Assembly: GCA_028280085.1 (NCBI GenBank)
Contig: JANQMK010000258.1
Location: 1-34,399, forward strand
Length of the DNA stretch: 34,399 bases
Source: Pseudomonadales bacterium
GTDB taxonomy: Bacteria > Pseudomonadota > Gammaproteobacteria > Pseudomonadales > JANQMK01
Direction of reading: 5' to 3'
Every line of letters begins with the position of its first letter. Position 1 is the stretch's first letter. Made by a program: the position numbers and the translations under genes. The notes below the pieces were generated by a model that saw nothing but the letters and a program-made list of their open reading frames with translations, ran no database searches and had not been told where the DNA came from. Positions 1-10,748 of the stretch are shown in pieces.

Positions 1-1281
1 TGCCACTTCTTCATCGAGACGTTTAGGTAATACCTCAACAGTGATGTGGCTAGGTTTGCTATCAGTAGTTTGGTTGGCAAACTTTTTCTCATACAAGTGA
101 ATTTGTGCTAGTACCTGGTTTGAAAAGGAACCATCCATAACGCGTGACGGGTGGCCAGTCGCGTTGCCTAGATTAACCAAGCGCCCTTCTGATAATAAAA
201 TGAGGTGATCGTTACTTGCCTGATCGCGATAAACCTTGTGTACCTGGGGTTTGATTTCTTCCCATTGCCAGTTTTCACGCATGTAAGCAGTATCAATCTC
301 ATTGTCAAAGTGACCTATGTTACACACCACGGCGCCGCTCTTTAGCGCAGATAACATGTTTTTGTCACAAACATTATAGTTACCGGTAGTAGTGACAACG
401 AGATCAGTTGTGGCTAGCAGGTCAGTATTAATAGATTCTGGCTTTCCGGTATTAACGCCATCAATAAAAGGAGACACTACCTCAAACCCATCCATACAGG
501 CTTGCATGGCACATATAGGATCTGCTTCCGTTACTTTTACTATCATGCCTTCTTGGCGCAGCGATTGTGATGAGCCTTTACCCACATCACCGTAGCCAAT
601 AACCAGCGCTCGCTTGCCTGATAACAAATGGTCTGTAGCACGCTTAATGGCATCGTTTAGGCTATGACGACAACCGTATTTGTTGTCGTTTTTTGATTTG
701 GTGACTGAATCATTAACATTAATAGCGGGCACTTTGAGTTCGCCCTTTTCTAACATTTCAACTAAACGGTGAACGCCGGTCGTGGTTTCTTCGGTCACGC
801 CATGGATATGGTTAAGCATTTCAGGATACTTGTCATGCATCATTTGGGTCAAATCACCACCATCATCTAATAGCATATTGGCATCCCACGGCTTACCATC
901 TTTTAGTATGGTTTGCTCTATACACCATTCGTATTCTTCTTCAGTTTCACCTTTCCAGGCAAATACGGGCACGCCGCTGGCGGCAATAGCGGCGGCGGCA
1001 TGATCTTGGATTGAGAAGATATTACATGAAGACCAGCGAACTTCAGCGCCCAATGCGGCCAGCGTTTCAATTAACACGCCGGTTTGGATCGTCATATGAA
1101 TACAACCAATAATTTTAGCTCCCTGCAATGGCTGGGCTTGGCGATACTTCTCGCGCAACCGCATCAGCGCCGGCATTTCTGTTTCAGCGATTTGCAATTC
1201 TCGGCGCCCCCAATCGGCTAGTGTTATATCGGCGACTTTAAAGTCTTCTTTTAATTCAGTGACTGTTTCTGCTTGTGACAT
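1..1281 (-). CDS. ahcY: Adenosylhomocysteinase (SAH hydrolase), 3' end runs off the window
   Basis: Not in the ORF track because no stop is in the window. Manual translation from ATG at 1281 gives [40 protein letters not shown], then [46 protein letters not shown] and GYGDVGKG, ending at ...[17 protein letters not shown] upstream. Confidence 0.97.
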   Translation of the reverse strand, partial: MSQAETVTELKEDFKVADITLADWGRRELQIAETEMPALMRLREKYRQAQPLQGAKIIGCIHMTIQTGVLIETLAALGAEVRWSSCNIFSIQDHAAAAIAASGVPVFAWKGETEEEYEWCIEQTILKDGKPWDANMLLDDGGDLTQMMHDKYPEMLNHIHGVTEETTTGVHRLVEMLEKGELKVPAINVNDSVTKSKNDNKYGCRHSLNDAIKRATDHLLSGKRALVIGYGDVGKGSSQSLRQEGMIVKVTEADPICAMQACMDGFEVVSPFIDGVNTGKPESINTDLLATTDLVVTTTGNYNVCDKNMLSALKSGAVVCNIGHFDNEIDTAYMRENWQWEEIKPQVHKVYRDQASNDHLILLSEGRLVNLGNATGHPSRVMDGSFSNQVLAQIHLYEKKFANQTTDSKPSHITVEVLPKRLDEEVA

Positions 1282-1328
1282 GATGTTAATCCTATATTAA
1301 TTAACGGTTTAATAGAGCTGATGTAGGG

Positions 1329-2486
1329 TCATAGGGCAGACTTGAGTTCATCAGCTTTGTCTGTTTTTTCCCAGCTAAAGGTGTCTTCAGTACGTCCGAA
1401 GTGGCCATAAGCCGCTGTGGTTTGATAAATAGGACGTTTAAGATCTAACATTGAGATAAGACCTGCTGGGCGGAGATCAAAATGTTCTCGTACGAGCTCA
1501 ACGATTTTGTCATCGCTCAATTTACCGGTACCAAATGTATTGATGCTGATAGAGGTTGGTTCAGAGACACCAATAGCGTAAGAGACTTGAATTTCACATC
1601 GATCAGCGAGACCGGCGGCAACAATATTTTTCGCTACATAACGGCCCGCGTAAGCCGCAGAGCGATCAACTTTAGAGGGATCTTTGCCAGAAAAGGCTCC
1701 GCCACCATGGCGAGCCATGCCGCCATAAGTATCGACGATAATTTTACGGCCGGTTAAGCCGCAGTCGCCCACTGGGCCACCAATGACAAAGTTGCCCGTC
1801 GGGTTGATAAAGTACTTAGTCTCTTGGCTTAGCCATTCAGCAGGTAAAACAGGTTTAATGATTTCGTCCATAACGGCTTGACGTAATTCATTAAGCTGTA
1901 TGCTATTACTGTGTTGTGTAGAGAGTACCACGGCGTCAACCGCTTCTGGTCTGCCGTCTTTGCCATAACGGAAAGTCACTTGGCTTTTTGCATCTGGCCG
2001 CAGCCAAGGCAAGCTACCGTTATTTCGTACCTCAGCTTGGCGTTTAACCAGGCGATGGGCATAGGTGATAGGGGCGGGCATCAACACATCGGTATCATTC
2101 GACGCATAACCAAACATGAGCCCTTGGTCACCAGCACCTAAATCTTTATTGTCGCCTTCATCAACCCCCATAGCGATATCAGCGGATTGTTTACCAATGG
2201 CATTCAACACTGCGCAGGATTCCCAATCAAAGCCCATATCGGAGCTGTTATAGCCGATTTTTTTTATCACGCCTCGAGCAATATCCTCAATATCAACCCA
2301 AGCATTGGTTCTGACTTCACCGGCGACAATAACCATCCCTGTTTTCACCAACGTTTCTACCGCAACGCGAGAGTTGGGGTCTTTGCCGATAATAGCATCG
2401 AGAATAGCATCGGAAACCTGGTCTGCGACTTTATCGGGATGGCCTTCAGAGACCGATTCTGAGGTAAATAAGGAATATTCGCTCAT
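1329..2486 (-). CDS. metK: S-adenosylmethionine synthetase
   Basis: [19 protein letters not shown] and GGGAFSGKD signature motifs; 385 aa. Confidence 0.99.
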   Translation of the reverse strand: MSEYSLFTSESVSEGHPDKVADQVSDAILDAIIGKDPNSRVAVETLVKTGMVIVAGEVRTNAWVDIEDIARGVIKKIGYNSSDMGFDWESCAVLNAIGKQSADIAMGVDEGDNKDLGAGDQGLMFGYASNDTDVLMPAPITYAHRLVKRQAEVRNNGSLPWLRPDAKSQVTFRYGKDGRPEAVDAVVLSTQHSNSIQLNELRQAVMDEIIKPVLPAEWLSQETKYFINPTGNFVIGGPVGDCGLTGRKIIVDTYGGMARHGGGAFSGKDPSKVDRSAAYAGRYVAKNIVAAGLADRCEIQVSYAIGVSEPTSISINTFGTGKLSDDKIVELVREHFDLRPAGLISMLDLKRPIYQTTAAYGHFGRTEDTFSWEKTDKADELKSAL

Positions 2487-2504
2487 AATATTCTTCCTAA
2501 TTAT

Positions 2505-3554
2505 TTAGTTGAGATTTAATTTGTTGAACTGCCGAACCTGAATGCGAAACCCATTTCGGAGCGCCAAATAAATACTTTTGCCTTCATCAAAACCAGCAGA
2601 TTTCGCCCAAAGAGTTAGGTCTGAGGGCTCGAAACCTAACCACAGATCGCCGCATGCCTGTTTAACCCAACTCTGGTCATGACTGCAAAGATCGGTAACA
2701 AAAAAACTGCCGCCTTCATTCAATAACTGACTGACATCAGTGAATATTTCAGCCGGTGAGGGAACGTGATGTAAAACCATATTACAGATTGCGCAATCTA
2801 CCTTGATTGTTTGAGCCCTTGCTGTCTTGGTATCACCGTAGATAAGATTGACATTGTTGAGCTTGTTTTCTTCAACGAATGTAGCGGCGCGATTAAGCAT
2901 TTCTTGCGAGTTATCAATGGCACTAACTGTTTTAAAACGATCTGCTAGGTTTGTTAAAAAGGTACCCTCACCTGGGCCAATTTCTAATACGGAATCATCA
3001 ATTGCCAACGACCGATTATCGAGCAAATCTAACACGCTGTCGGCATACTGATCTTGAGTAGCGATTAAGTCCTGTTGTTCGCGAAATTTATAGGCATTTT
3101 CAGTAAAAAAATGCTGCGAAGAGCTGGCCCTAACCGTTTGCACTTGAGTGAGGAATTGCTGTGTCTGAGGTTTAATATCTGTTTGGTCAAGTGTGACAAA
3201 TAGGGAATCTTGACATGCTTGTAAAATACCAATCTGCGACTTAGGTGCGCGGTGATAAAAAATGGAATTGCCCTCTCTGCGGCTGGCAACTAAGCCCGCA
3301 TTAGCGAGAATTTTTAAATGATGACTCGTGGCAGATTGCTTGGTGTTAAGAACAGTGCAAAGTTCCAAGACGCTATAGGAATCACGAGCTAAGACACGCA
3401 GAATCTCTAGTCTGAGCGAATCAGAGCATGCTTTAAAAAAAGCCGCTGACTCGCCAATGAGGTCGAGGGGCCGCTGGTCAAGGGCATTGGTTGTATTGTT
3501 GGTATTATCAACACGAGGTGCATCAATACTATCAATATTACTGTCATTGGGCAT
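2505..3554 (-). CDS. sahR: ArsR-family HTH fused to a class I SAM-methyltransferase-like domain (SahR-type methionine-cycle regulator)
   Basis: ArsR HTH (RLEILRVL...QSATSHHLKILANAGLVASRREGNSIFY) plus a SAM-binding fold (VLEIGPGEG, NMVLHH); directly upstream of metK. Start set at ATG 3554 (alternative 3581) rather than 3650, because the longer extension runs through the operator palindromes. Confidence 0.85.
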   Translation of the reverse strand: MPNDSNIDSIDAPRVDNTNNTTNALDQRPLDLIGESAAFFKACSDSLRLEILRVLARDSYSVLELCTVLNTKQSATSHHLKILANAGLVASRREGNSIFYHRAPKSQIGILQACQDSLFVTLDQTDIKPQTQQFLTQVQTVRASSSQHFFTENAYKFREQQDLIATQDQYADSVLDLLDNRSLAIDDSVLEIGPGEGTFLTNLADRFKTVSAIDNSQEMLNRAATFVEENKLNNVNLIYGDTKTARAQTIKVDCAICNMVLHHVPSPAEIFTDVSQLLNEGGSFFVTDLCSHDQSWVKQACGDLWLGFEPSDLTLWAKSAGFDEGKSIYLALRNGFRIQVRQFNKLNLN

Positions 3555-3609
3555 GGCTATATATGGTTGAAAAATAGTCATGCTATTTAGTATATCAGCT
3601 TTCACGCCT

Positions 3610-3677
3610 ATATCAAAAAAAATCAATATAGATATATTGATTTTTTTCAATATATCTATATTAGGATTATCTAATAT
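3610..3677. promoter_or_regulatory. Three phased 20-bp palindromic operator-like sites (candidate SahR operators)
   Basis: ATATCAA-N6-TCAATAT (3610-3629), ATATTGA-N6-TCAATAT (3634-3653) and ATATTAG-N6-CTAATAT (3658-3677), at an exact 24-bp period upstream of sahR. Confidence 0.65.
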
Positions 3678-3865
3678 ACAAATGTAGGATACAAACGTTA
3701 CAGATATGAGATGCTGCTATATGTATTGCCATCAACAGCCATATAGCAACGGAAGTTGATTGCTGAAACTACTCTATTAAGCGAAAATAGCCCCTCATTT
3801 GCTACCTAATAGCGTTTAATTTCAGTCCTGTACGAATTGGGACCTAGTGGTCAGGAGCTTGATTT

Positions 3866-5872
3866 ATGCCAACCCGTCGAGAATTAGCCAATGCAATCCG
3901 TGTACTCAGTATGGATGCCGTACAGCAGGCGAATAGTGGTCATCCCGGTGCACCCATGGGCATGGCGGATATTGCAGAGGTCTTGTGGAATGATTATATG
4001 TGCCATAACCCCGCTGATCCCCTATGGCCTAATCGTGATCGTTTTGTCTTATCCAATGGCCATGGTTCAATGCTGATCTATTCGTTGTTGCACTTGAGTG
4101 GCTATGATTTGCCCATATCAGAACTGAAAAACTTTCGCCAATTACATTCCAAAACGCCTGGCCATCCAGAATACGGCTATACCCCTGGAGTTGAGACCAC
4201 AACAGGGCCATTGGGCCAAGGCGTCGCTAATGCTGTCGGGATGGCGATAGCGGAGAAAGTGCTAGCAGCCCAGTACAATCGCGACGGCCACAAAATCATT
4301 GACCACTATACCTATGTATTTATGGGTGACGGTTGCATGATGGAGGGCATTTCTCATGAGGTATGTTCATTGGCGGCGACGCTGGGTTTGGGTAAGCTCA
4401 TTGTTTTTTATGATGACAATGGCATCTCTATTGATGGACGAGTTGATGATTGGTTTACTGATGATACAGCTAAGCGCTTTCAATCCTATGGCTGGCAAGT
4501 GGTGTCTGATATTGATGGCCATGATGATGCCGCTATTCGAGCTGCTATTGATACGGCGCGGGGTGAAATAAACAAGCCGACGCTTATATGTTGTAAAACG
4601 CTGATCGGTTGGGGCGCTCCCAATAAACAAGGCAGTGCGGCGACCCACGGATCTCCGCTAGGTGCTGATGAGGTGGCGGTAACACGAAGCGCATTGGCAT
4701 GGAATTACGAACCGTTTGTGGTGCCCGAGGATATTTATGAGAGCTGGGATGCGCGTGTTAGTGGCAGCCAAAAACAGGCGCGTTGGCAAGAGCAATTTGT
4801 TGCCTATAGCAACGCCTACCCGACAGAAGCGGCGGAACTTGAGCGCCGGCTGGCGGGTGATTTGCCAGACAGTTTTGCCAGCGATGCGCAGGCTTATATT
4901 GCAGAGCTACAGCAGAATGGTAGCAAGGTAGCAACACGTAAGGCGTCACAAAACTGTCTTGATAGGTATGGACAATTGCTGCCTGAACTCGTCGGGGGCT
5001 CTGCAGACTTAACGCCGTCGAATTTGACTCGGTGGAGTCAATCAGTAACGATTACTGCCGAAGCCAGTGCCGGCAACTACCTGCACTTTGGTGTGCGTGA
5101 ATTTGGTATGAGCGCCATTTGCAACGGGATAGCTTTGCACGGTGGTTTTATTCCTTATAATGCGACATTTTTAGTGTTTACAGATTATGCGCGCAATGCC
5201 GTGCGTATGGCTGCAATCATGAAGCAGCGCAATATTTTTGTGTATACCCACGACTCCATTGGTTTAGGTGAGGATGGGCCAACTCATCAGCCGATCGAGC
5301 AGATGGCGACATTGAGAATGACACCCAATATGTCGATGTGGCGCCCCTGTGATGATGTCGAGTCAGCCGTTGCCTGGAAAGCAGCCCTAGAACGACGTGA
5401 CGGCCCCACCTCGTTGGTATTTTCACGCCAAGGACTGGAACATCAGGCGCGTACGCAGCAGCAGTTGGATGGCATTGCCCGTGGTGGCTATGTCCTGGCT
5501 GACGCCGACCAGCCGCTGGCTGTTATCATTGCCACGGGTTCAGAAGTGGCTTTGGCGTTAGCCGCGGCGGAAGTATTGGGCGACAAAGGTAAACCAGTGC
5601 GTGTCGTATCAATGCCAAGCACAGATGTATTTGAGCAGCAGGAAAAGTCATACCAAGCTCAAGTGTTGCCACCAACATTACCTTTGCGTGTTGCGGTTGA
5701 AGCGGGAGTTGGGGATTATTGGTATAAATACGTTGGTCTACATGGTGCCGTTATCGGTATGACGTCTTTTGGTGAATCTGCACCAGCAGCTGAGTTATTT
5801 AAGTACTTTGGTTTTACGGTAGAAAAAGTTGTTAGCAAAGTGGAACAGCTTTTGTCGACCAGTTCGCCATAG
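3866..5872 (+). CDS. tkt: Transketolase
   Basis: [25 protein letters not shown] and [16 protein letters not shown] motifs; AGGAG RBS. Confidence 0.99.
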   Translation: MPTRRELANAIRVLSMDAVQQANSGHPGAPMGMADIAEVLWNDYMCHNPADPLWPNRDRFVLSNGHGSMLIYSLLHLSGYDLPISELKNFRQLHSKTPGHPEYGYTPGVETTTGPLGQGVANAVGMAIAEKVLAAQYNRDGHKIIDHYTYVFMGDGCMMEGISHEVCSLAATLGLGKLIVFYDDNGISIDGRVDDWFTDDTAKRFQSYGWQVVSDIDGHDDAAIRAAIDTARGEINKPTLICCKTLIGWGAPNKQGSAATHGSPLGADEVAVTRSALAWNYEPFVVPEDIYESWDARVSGSQKQARWQEQFVAYSNAYPTEAAELERRLAGDLPDSFASDAQAYIAELQQNGSKVATRKASQNCLDRYGQLLPELVGGSADLTPSNLTRWSQSVTITAEASAGNYLHFGVREFGMSAICNGIALHGGFIPYNATFLVFTDYARNAVRMAAIMKQRNIFVYTHDSIGLGEDGPTHQPIEQMATLRMTPNMSMWRPCDDVESAVAWKAALERRDGPTSLVFSRQGLEHQARTQQQLDGIARGGYVLADADQPLAVIIATGSEVALALAAAEVLGDKGKPVRVVSMPSTDVFEQQEKSYQAQVLPPTLPLRVAVEAGVGDYWYKYVGLHGAVIGMTSFGESAPAAELFKYFGFTVEKVVSKVEQLLSTSSP

Positions 5873-5884
5873 TGTTGTACTGGT

Positions 5885-6904
5885 ATGGTTTGTCGAATTG
5901 CAATTAATGGTTACGGTCGTATTGGTCGCTGCGTATTGCGGGCACTCTATGAGCGTGGTTACCGTGAGCAGTTGCAAGTAGTTGCCATTAATGAGATCGC
6001 TGATTTAGCGACAGTATCATATTTAACAAAGTATGACTCTAATCACGGTCGTTTTCCCTGCGAGGTGGAAACGTTTGACCATGGTTTGCGAATACAGAAT
6101 GACGAAATTGCATTACTTAATCAGCCGGATATAGCGTATCTGGATTGGCGCAGCATTGATGTTGATATTGTATTTGAGTGTACTGGCGTCATAGCGACTC
6201 GTGCCCAAGCGCAACAGCATATCGAGCGCGGTGCGAGTAGGGTGCTATTTTCTCATCCAGCGGATCCAAAGGTCGACCAAACCATTGTTTATGGTTTTAA
6301 TGAGCAAACTATAAGTGACGAGGCGAGAATACTATCGGCAGCGTCTTGCACTACTAACTCAGTGGTGCCAGTAATTGAAGCGTTGCATAATACGGTTGGT
6401 GTAGAGCGTGGTGTTATTACCACGTTACATTCAACCATGAATGATCAACCTGTAACTGACGCCTATCATCATACGGATTTGCGTAAAACGCGTAGTTCGA
6501 GTCAGTCTATTATTCCGGTTGATACTCAGTTAGCTAAAGGAATTGACCGCTTGATGCCGGAACTGGCAGGGCGATTTGAAGCACAAGCCTTACGTATTCC
6601 TACGGTTAATGTGTCGGCTATCGATTTGTCGGTGGTTGTAGGGCGAAACACCTCGATTGAAGAGGTTAATCAGATTTTGCAGCGCAGTGCGACGCAGTCA
6701 TTGGAAAATATTATGGGGTACACCGAAGAACCATTGGCTTCTTGTGATTTTAATCATGATTCGCGCTCGTCAATTATTGATGCCAGCCAAACCAAGGTGG
6801 CGGGACAACGCTTAGTTAAGGTTTTAATGTGGTTTGACAACGAATGGGGCTATGCCAACCGCATGCTTGATGTCGCCAAAATGTGGTCGCGTCTACGGTC
6901 TTAA
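5885..6904 (+). CDS. epd: Erythrose-4-phosphate dehydrogenase (GAPDH family)
   Basis: INGYGRIGR, ASCTTN and WFDNEWG motifs, with Epd-type HSTMNDQPVTDAYHHTDLRKTR; sits in the classic tkt-epd-pgk-fba cluster. Confidence 0.9.
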   Translation: MVCRIAINGYGRIGRCVLRALYERGYREQLQVVAINEIADLATVSYLTKYDSNHGRFPCEVETFDHGLRIQNDEIALLNQPDIAYLDWRSIDVDIVFECTGVIATRAQAQQHIERGASRVLFSHPADPKVDQTIVYGFNEQTISDEARILSAASCTTNSVVPVIEALHNTVGVERGVITTLHSTMNDQPVTDAYHHTDLRKTRSSSQSIIPVDTQLAKGIDRLMPELAGRFEAQALRIPTVNVSAIDLSVVVGRNTSIEEVNQILQRSATQSLENIMGYTEEPLASCDFNHDSRSSIIDASQTKVAGQRLVKVLMWFDNEWGYANRMLDVAKMWSRLRS

Positions 6905-6987
6905 CCGTTGCGTAGATTATTGGTCGGTAGGCTTCGCTTTTTTATATTAAGCACTCATATATCGCAATGCAGTAAGGAGAGTTTTTA

Positions 6988-8160
6988 ATGTCTGTGAAGT
7001 TAATGACAGAGCTGGATTTGACAGGAAAACGTGTGTTAATCAGAGAAGATCTTAATGTGCCTATTAAAAATGGTGAAGTGACTAGTGATGCAAGAATAAG
7101 GGCTTCGTTGCCTACAATCAGGCATGCACTGTCAGCTGGCGCCAAAGTGATGCTAATGTCACATTTAGGCAGGCCAGTGGAAGGTGATACGGAAGAAAAA
7201 AATGCGCCTTATAGCCTTGCGCCTGTTGCGTGTTATCTCAGTCAATTATTGGATATATCTGTGCCGCTCGTTCAAGACTGGCTTAGCGGTGTTGAGGTTG
7301 GCGAGGGTGAGGTAGTACTCCTAGAAAATGTTCGCTTTAACATCGGCGAGAAGGCGAATGATGATGAATTGGCAAAAAGGATGGCAGCATTGTGCGATGT
7401 GTATGTAATGGATGCATTTGGCACAGCCCATCGTGCGCAAGCATCTACCCATGGTGTCGCGAAGTTTGCGCCTATCGCTTGTGCGGGGCCATTATTGGCG
7501 AATGAGTTAGAAGCATTAGGTAAAGCTCTGGTTAATCCTGAACGGCCTATGGTAGCAATTGTTGGTGGTTCAAAGGTATCAACCAAACTGACTGTACTTG
7601 AAACCTTGTCAGAAAAAGTCGACCAGCTTATTGTTGGCGGGGGCATTGCAAATACATTTTTAGCAGCGGCGGGACAACCGATTGGTGAATCGTTATGCGA
7701 GCCAGATCTTATAAGTAACGCTAAAGCGCTAATGTCTAAAGTACATATTCCATTGCCGACAGACGTAGTCGTGGCAAAAGAGTTCAGCGAGACCGCGCAG
7801 GCGTCTATTGTTGATGTAGCAAATGTAGCGATCGATGATAGAATTCTTGATATCGGACCAGCATCTGCCGAAGCTCTGACAAAAGTAGTTGATAATGCCA
7901 AAACAATTATATGGAATGGTCCTGTCGGTGTATTTGAGTATGACCAGTTTGGTGCGGGGACCAAAGCCTTATCCCAGGCGATTGCCGCTAGTAATGGATT
8001 TTCTCTCGCCGGTGGTGGTGACACCTTGGCAGCCATCGACAAGTATGACATAACTGATAACATCAATTATATCTCCACTGGTGGTGGCGCTTTTTTAGAG
8101 TATGTAGAGGGTAAGGTTTTGCCAGCAGTAGAAATTTTAGAGCAGCGAGCGCGTAGTTAG
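6988..8160 (+). CDS. pgk: Phosphoglycerate kinase
   Basis: [39 protein letters not shown] and STGGGAFLE motifs. Confidence 0.99.
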   Translation: MSVKLMTELDLTGKRVLIREDLNVPIKNGEVTSDARIRASLPTIRHALSAGAKVMLMSHLGRPVEGDTEEKNAPYSLAPVACYLSQLLDISVPLVQDWLSGVEVGEGEVVLLENVRFNIGEKANDDELAKRMAALCDVYVMDAFGTAHRAQASTHGVAKFAPIACAGPLLANELEALGKALVNPERPMVAIVGGSKVSTKLTVLETLSEKVDQLIVGGGIANTFLAAAGQPIGESLCEPDLISNAKALMSKVHIPLPTDVVVAKEFSETAQASIVDVANVAIDDRILDIGPASAEALTKVVDNAKTIIWNGPVGVFEYDQFGAGTKALSQAIAASNGFSLAGGGDTLAAIDKYDITDNINYISTGGGAFLEYVEGKVLPAVEILEQRARS

Positions 8161-8249
8161 TCTTGACTTACACAATATGTAAAGAAACTGTCGGTAAATG
8201 ACGGTTGCATTGGCGCTTAAAGTTAACGATAAACCTAGAGGACAGATTA

Positions 8250-9314
8250 ATGCCACTGATAAGTATGAGACAATTGCTAGACCATGCCGCTGAGCATAAT
8301 TATGGTGTTCCGGCATTTAACGTCAATAACCTTGAGCAAACCCGTGCCATTATGGAGGCCGCGGCGGCTACTAACAGCCCCGTTATTATGCAAGCGTCAG
8401 CAGGTGCGCGCAAATATGCCGGTGCCCCTTTTTTACGCCACATGATTTTGGCTGCAGTGGAGGAATTTCCGCAGATTCCCGTTGTTATGCATCAAGATCA
8501 TGGTACCTCCCCAGCGGTTTGCCAGCGTTCCATTCAACTGGGATTCACCTCCGTGATGATGGATGGTTCTTTAGGTACCGACGGAAAAACGCCGACTGAC
8601 TATGAATACAATGTAGCTGTCACTCGTCAGGTGGTCGATATGGCGCATTCATGCGGGGTTTCTGTAGAAGGTGAGTTAGGTTGTCTTGGTTCGCTTGAAA
8701 CGGGTGAGGCAGGCGAAGAGGATGGCATTGGCGCGGCTGGTAAATTATCTCACGACCAACTGCTGACAGACCCGGAAGAAGCGGCAGACTTCGTTAAACA
8801 GACTCATGTTGATGCTTTGGCAATTGCAATAGGTACAAGCCATGGGGCTTATAAGTTTACTCGTCCTCCTACGGGTGATGTATTAGCGATAGAGCGCATT
8901 AAGGCCATTCACGCCCGCATTCCTACGACTCACTTAGTAATGCACGGCTCTTCATCGGTACCACAAAATTGGCTAGCTATTATTAACGAATATGGCGGAG
9001 ACATTGGTGAAACCTATGGTGTCCCGGTAGAAGAAATTCAAGAAGGCATCAAGCATGGCGTGCGTAAAGTGAATATTGATACTGATTTGCGTCTAGCATC
9101 AACGGGTGCCATTCGCCAGTTTATGGCAAAGCATCCCTCGGAGTTTGACCCTCGTAAATACTTAAAGGAAACCATTAAAGAAATGAAACAAATTTGTATC
9201 GATCGCTATGAAGCGTTTGGTACGGCTGGTCAAGCCAGTAAAATTTGTCCCATTTCAATGGAAGCTATGTATGAACATTACGATAGTGGCGAACTTGATC
9301 CAAAGATCGCTTAG
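8250..9314 (+). CDS. fba: Fructose-bisphosphate aldolase class II (CbbA/type B-like)
   Basis: [35 protein letters not shown] and KVNIDTD motifs. Start moved to ATG 8250 ([15 protein letters not shown]) behind a GAGG RBS. Confidence 0.97.
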   Translation: MPLISMRQLLDHAAEHNYGVPAFNVNNLEQTRAIMEAAAATNSPVIMQASAGARKYAGAPFLRHMILAAVEEFPQIPVVMHQDHGTSPAVCQRSIQLGFTSVMMDGSLGTDGKTPTDYEYNVAVTRQVVDMAHSCGVSVEGELGCLGSLETGEAGEEDGIGAAGKLSHDQLLTDPEEAADFVKQTHVDALAIAIGTSHGAYKFTRPPTGDVLAIERIKAIHARIPTTHLVMHGSSSVPQNWLAIINEYGGDIGETYGVPVEEIQEGIKHGVRKVNIDTDLRLASTGAIRQFMAKHPSEFDPRKYLKETIKEMKQICIDRYEAFGTAGQASKICPISMEAMYEHYDSGELDPKIA

Positions 9315-9419
9315 TAGCAAAACATTACTTGAAAAATCAAGATGATGTAAAGTGGCAATAGAAACTTATGTAGATGACGTAAGTTGAATAACTACAATAA
9401 GCCTGTCAATTAGGGTCTC

Positions 9420-9448
9420 AAAAAAGGGTGTTCTATATGCCCTTTTTT
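9420..9448 (+). terminator. Intrinsic terminator of the tkt-epd-pgk-fba operon
   Basis: AAAAAAGGGTGT / ATGCCCTTTTTT stem (with G-U pairs) ending in a U tract. Confidence 0.75.
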
Positions 9449-9642
9449 ACTGGGGCATATGTTTAAAATGTCCGATTATCAACTAAAATATAGCTAAGGG
9501 TTAACCGATTTGCTGTCCATAACTTTAGGCGCCATTGGCTAAAGAATTTTCTCATTAGGCAGAGGTGCCCTAGTTATAATATGCTGATTGTCTAGCGTTA
9601 AACATTATATTTACTTATTAGTATTGTTACAGGCGCTGTTTT

Positions 9643-10593
9643 ATGGATTTTGAAAGTCTACATAGTCAGCTTCAACCGCTCCACTTTAATCCTAAATTGG
9701 ATTGCAATACAGAACTGAGTGATGGCGCAAAAGAATATTTCAGGTTCTTTCACATAAATTTTGAAGAGACATTAGACGATGTAGATCACTTCTTTGGTAA
9801 ATTCGATAGTGCTGGTTTCGTTATTGCCGCCCACTATTTTATTAAGGCGAAAGCAAAAGGTACTTATTTTATTGTCCATGGATACTATGATCACGTAGGC
9901 ATATATCAACATATTATTCAATTTTGCCTAAAGTCGGGTTACTCAGTTGTTGCTTTTGATTTGCCGGGGCATGGGCTTTCTAGTGGAGAGCGGGCCAGCA
10001 TCCAAAGTTTTGACCAATATACAGAAGTATTTAAAACGCTAGTGGGCTTGGCGAGTGATCATTTCCCCAAGCCTTGGCATTGTTTGTCACAGAGCACTGG
10101 CTCGGCAGTTATCATGAACTATCTTCTTACGGAAAAGATCAACAGAAAATGCAGCCCTTTTGGCAAACTCATTTTTTTAGCGCCTCTGGTTCAGCCCTTC
10201 AATTGGCGTACGGGAAGATGGGTATATGAACTCACTAAGCTATTCACGAAGCGTGTCGCACGGAACTTTACCCATAACTCCAATAGCGAAGAGTTTTTGG
10301 TCTTTTTGCGAGAAGAAGACTTTTTGCAACCTAGGCATTTAACCGTACAGTGGGTGGGCGCACTAAAAGAGTGGGTTGACAAATTTGACCAGTTTCCCGT
10401 TACGGACCTATCGCCCATTATTATTCAAGGCAAGCGGGATGAAACCGTGGATTGGAAATTCAATGTGCCAGCGATCATGAGTAAGTTCCGCTCCGCTAGA
10501 GTGCATTTTCTGTCAAATGCGTATCATCAACTCGTTAATGAATCCAACGTTATCCGTAACCGAATTTACGCCATTATTGAAGACCACCCCTAA
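9643..10593 (+). CDS. Alpha/beta hydrolase, lysophospholipase/monoacylglycerol-lipase-like
   Basis: HGYYDH, FDLPGHGLSSG, nucleophile elbow SQSTG, QGKRDETVD (Asp) and AYHQLVNE (His). Confidence 0.85.
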   Translation: MDFESLHSQLQPLHFNPKLDCNTELSDGAKEYFRFFHINFEETLDDVDHFFGKFDSAGFVIAAHYFIKAKAKGTYFIVHGYYDHVGIYQHIIQFCLKSGYSVVAFDLPGHGLSSGERASIQSFDQYTEVFKTLVGLASDHFPKPWHCLSQSTGSAVIMNYLLTEKINRKCSPFGKLIFLAPLVQPFNWRTGRWVYELTKLFTKRVARNFTHNSNSEEFLVFLREEDFLQPRHLTVQWVGALKEWVDKFDQFPVTDLSPIIIQGKRDETVDWKFNVPAIMSKFRSARVHFLSNAYHQLVNESNVIRNRIYAIIEDHP

Positions 10594-10748
10594 GTCATAC
10601 CCTGATAGTATTTTAATAATAGTAAGCGTTTGTATTCATAGACTGGGTCATGTAAGGTTTTGCTATTTAAGATTATTAACTTGATAACACGTTAAGATTT
10701 GGTAGTGCAATAGTGGGCTGGTTTTAACTCTGCTACTGGTTATTACAT

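Noticed and set aside
1282-1328. SAH riboswitch or extra SahR site upstream of ahcY
   Set aside because: The gap is only 47 bp and AT-rich with no riboswitch-like core. The TATTAA-N8-TTAATA palindrome has the wrong spacing relative to the N6 sites.
3555-3650. N-terminal extension of the sahR ORF given in the ORF track
   Set aside because: It uses a non-ATG start and runs through the operator palindromes; it is more likely promoter/UTR sequence.
7272-8066. 264-aa antisense ORF inside pgk
   Set aside because: Fully overlaps a conserved gene on the opposite strand with no recognisable motifs; a typical shadow ORF. The same applies to the other short overlapping ORFs in the track.
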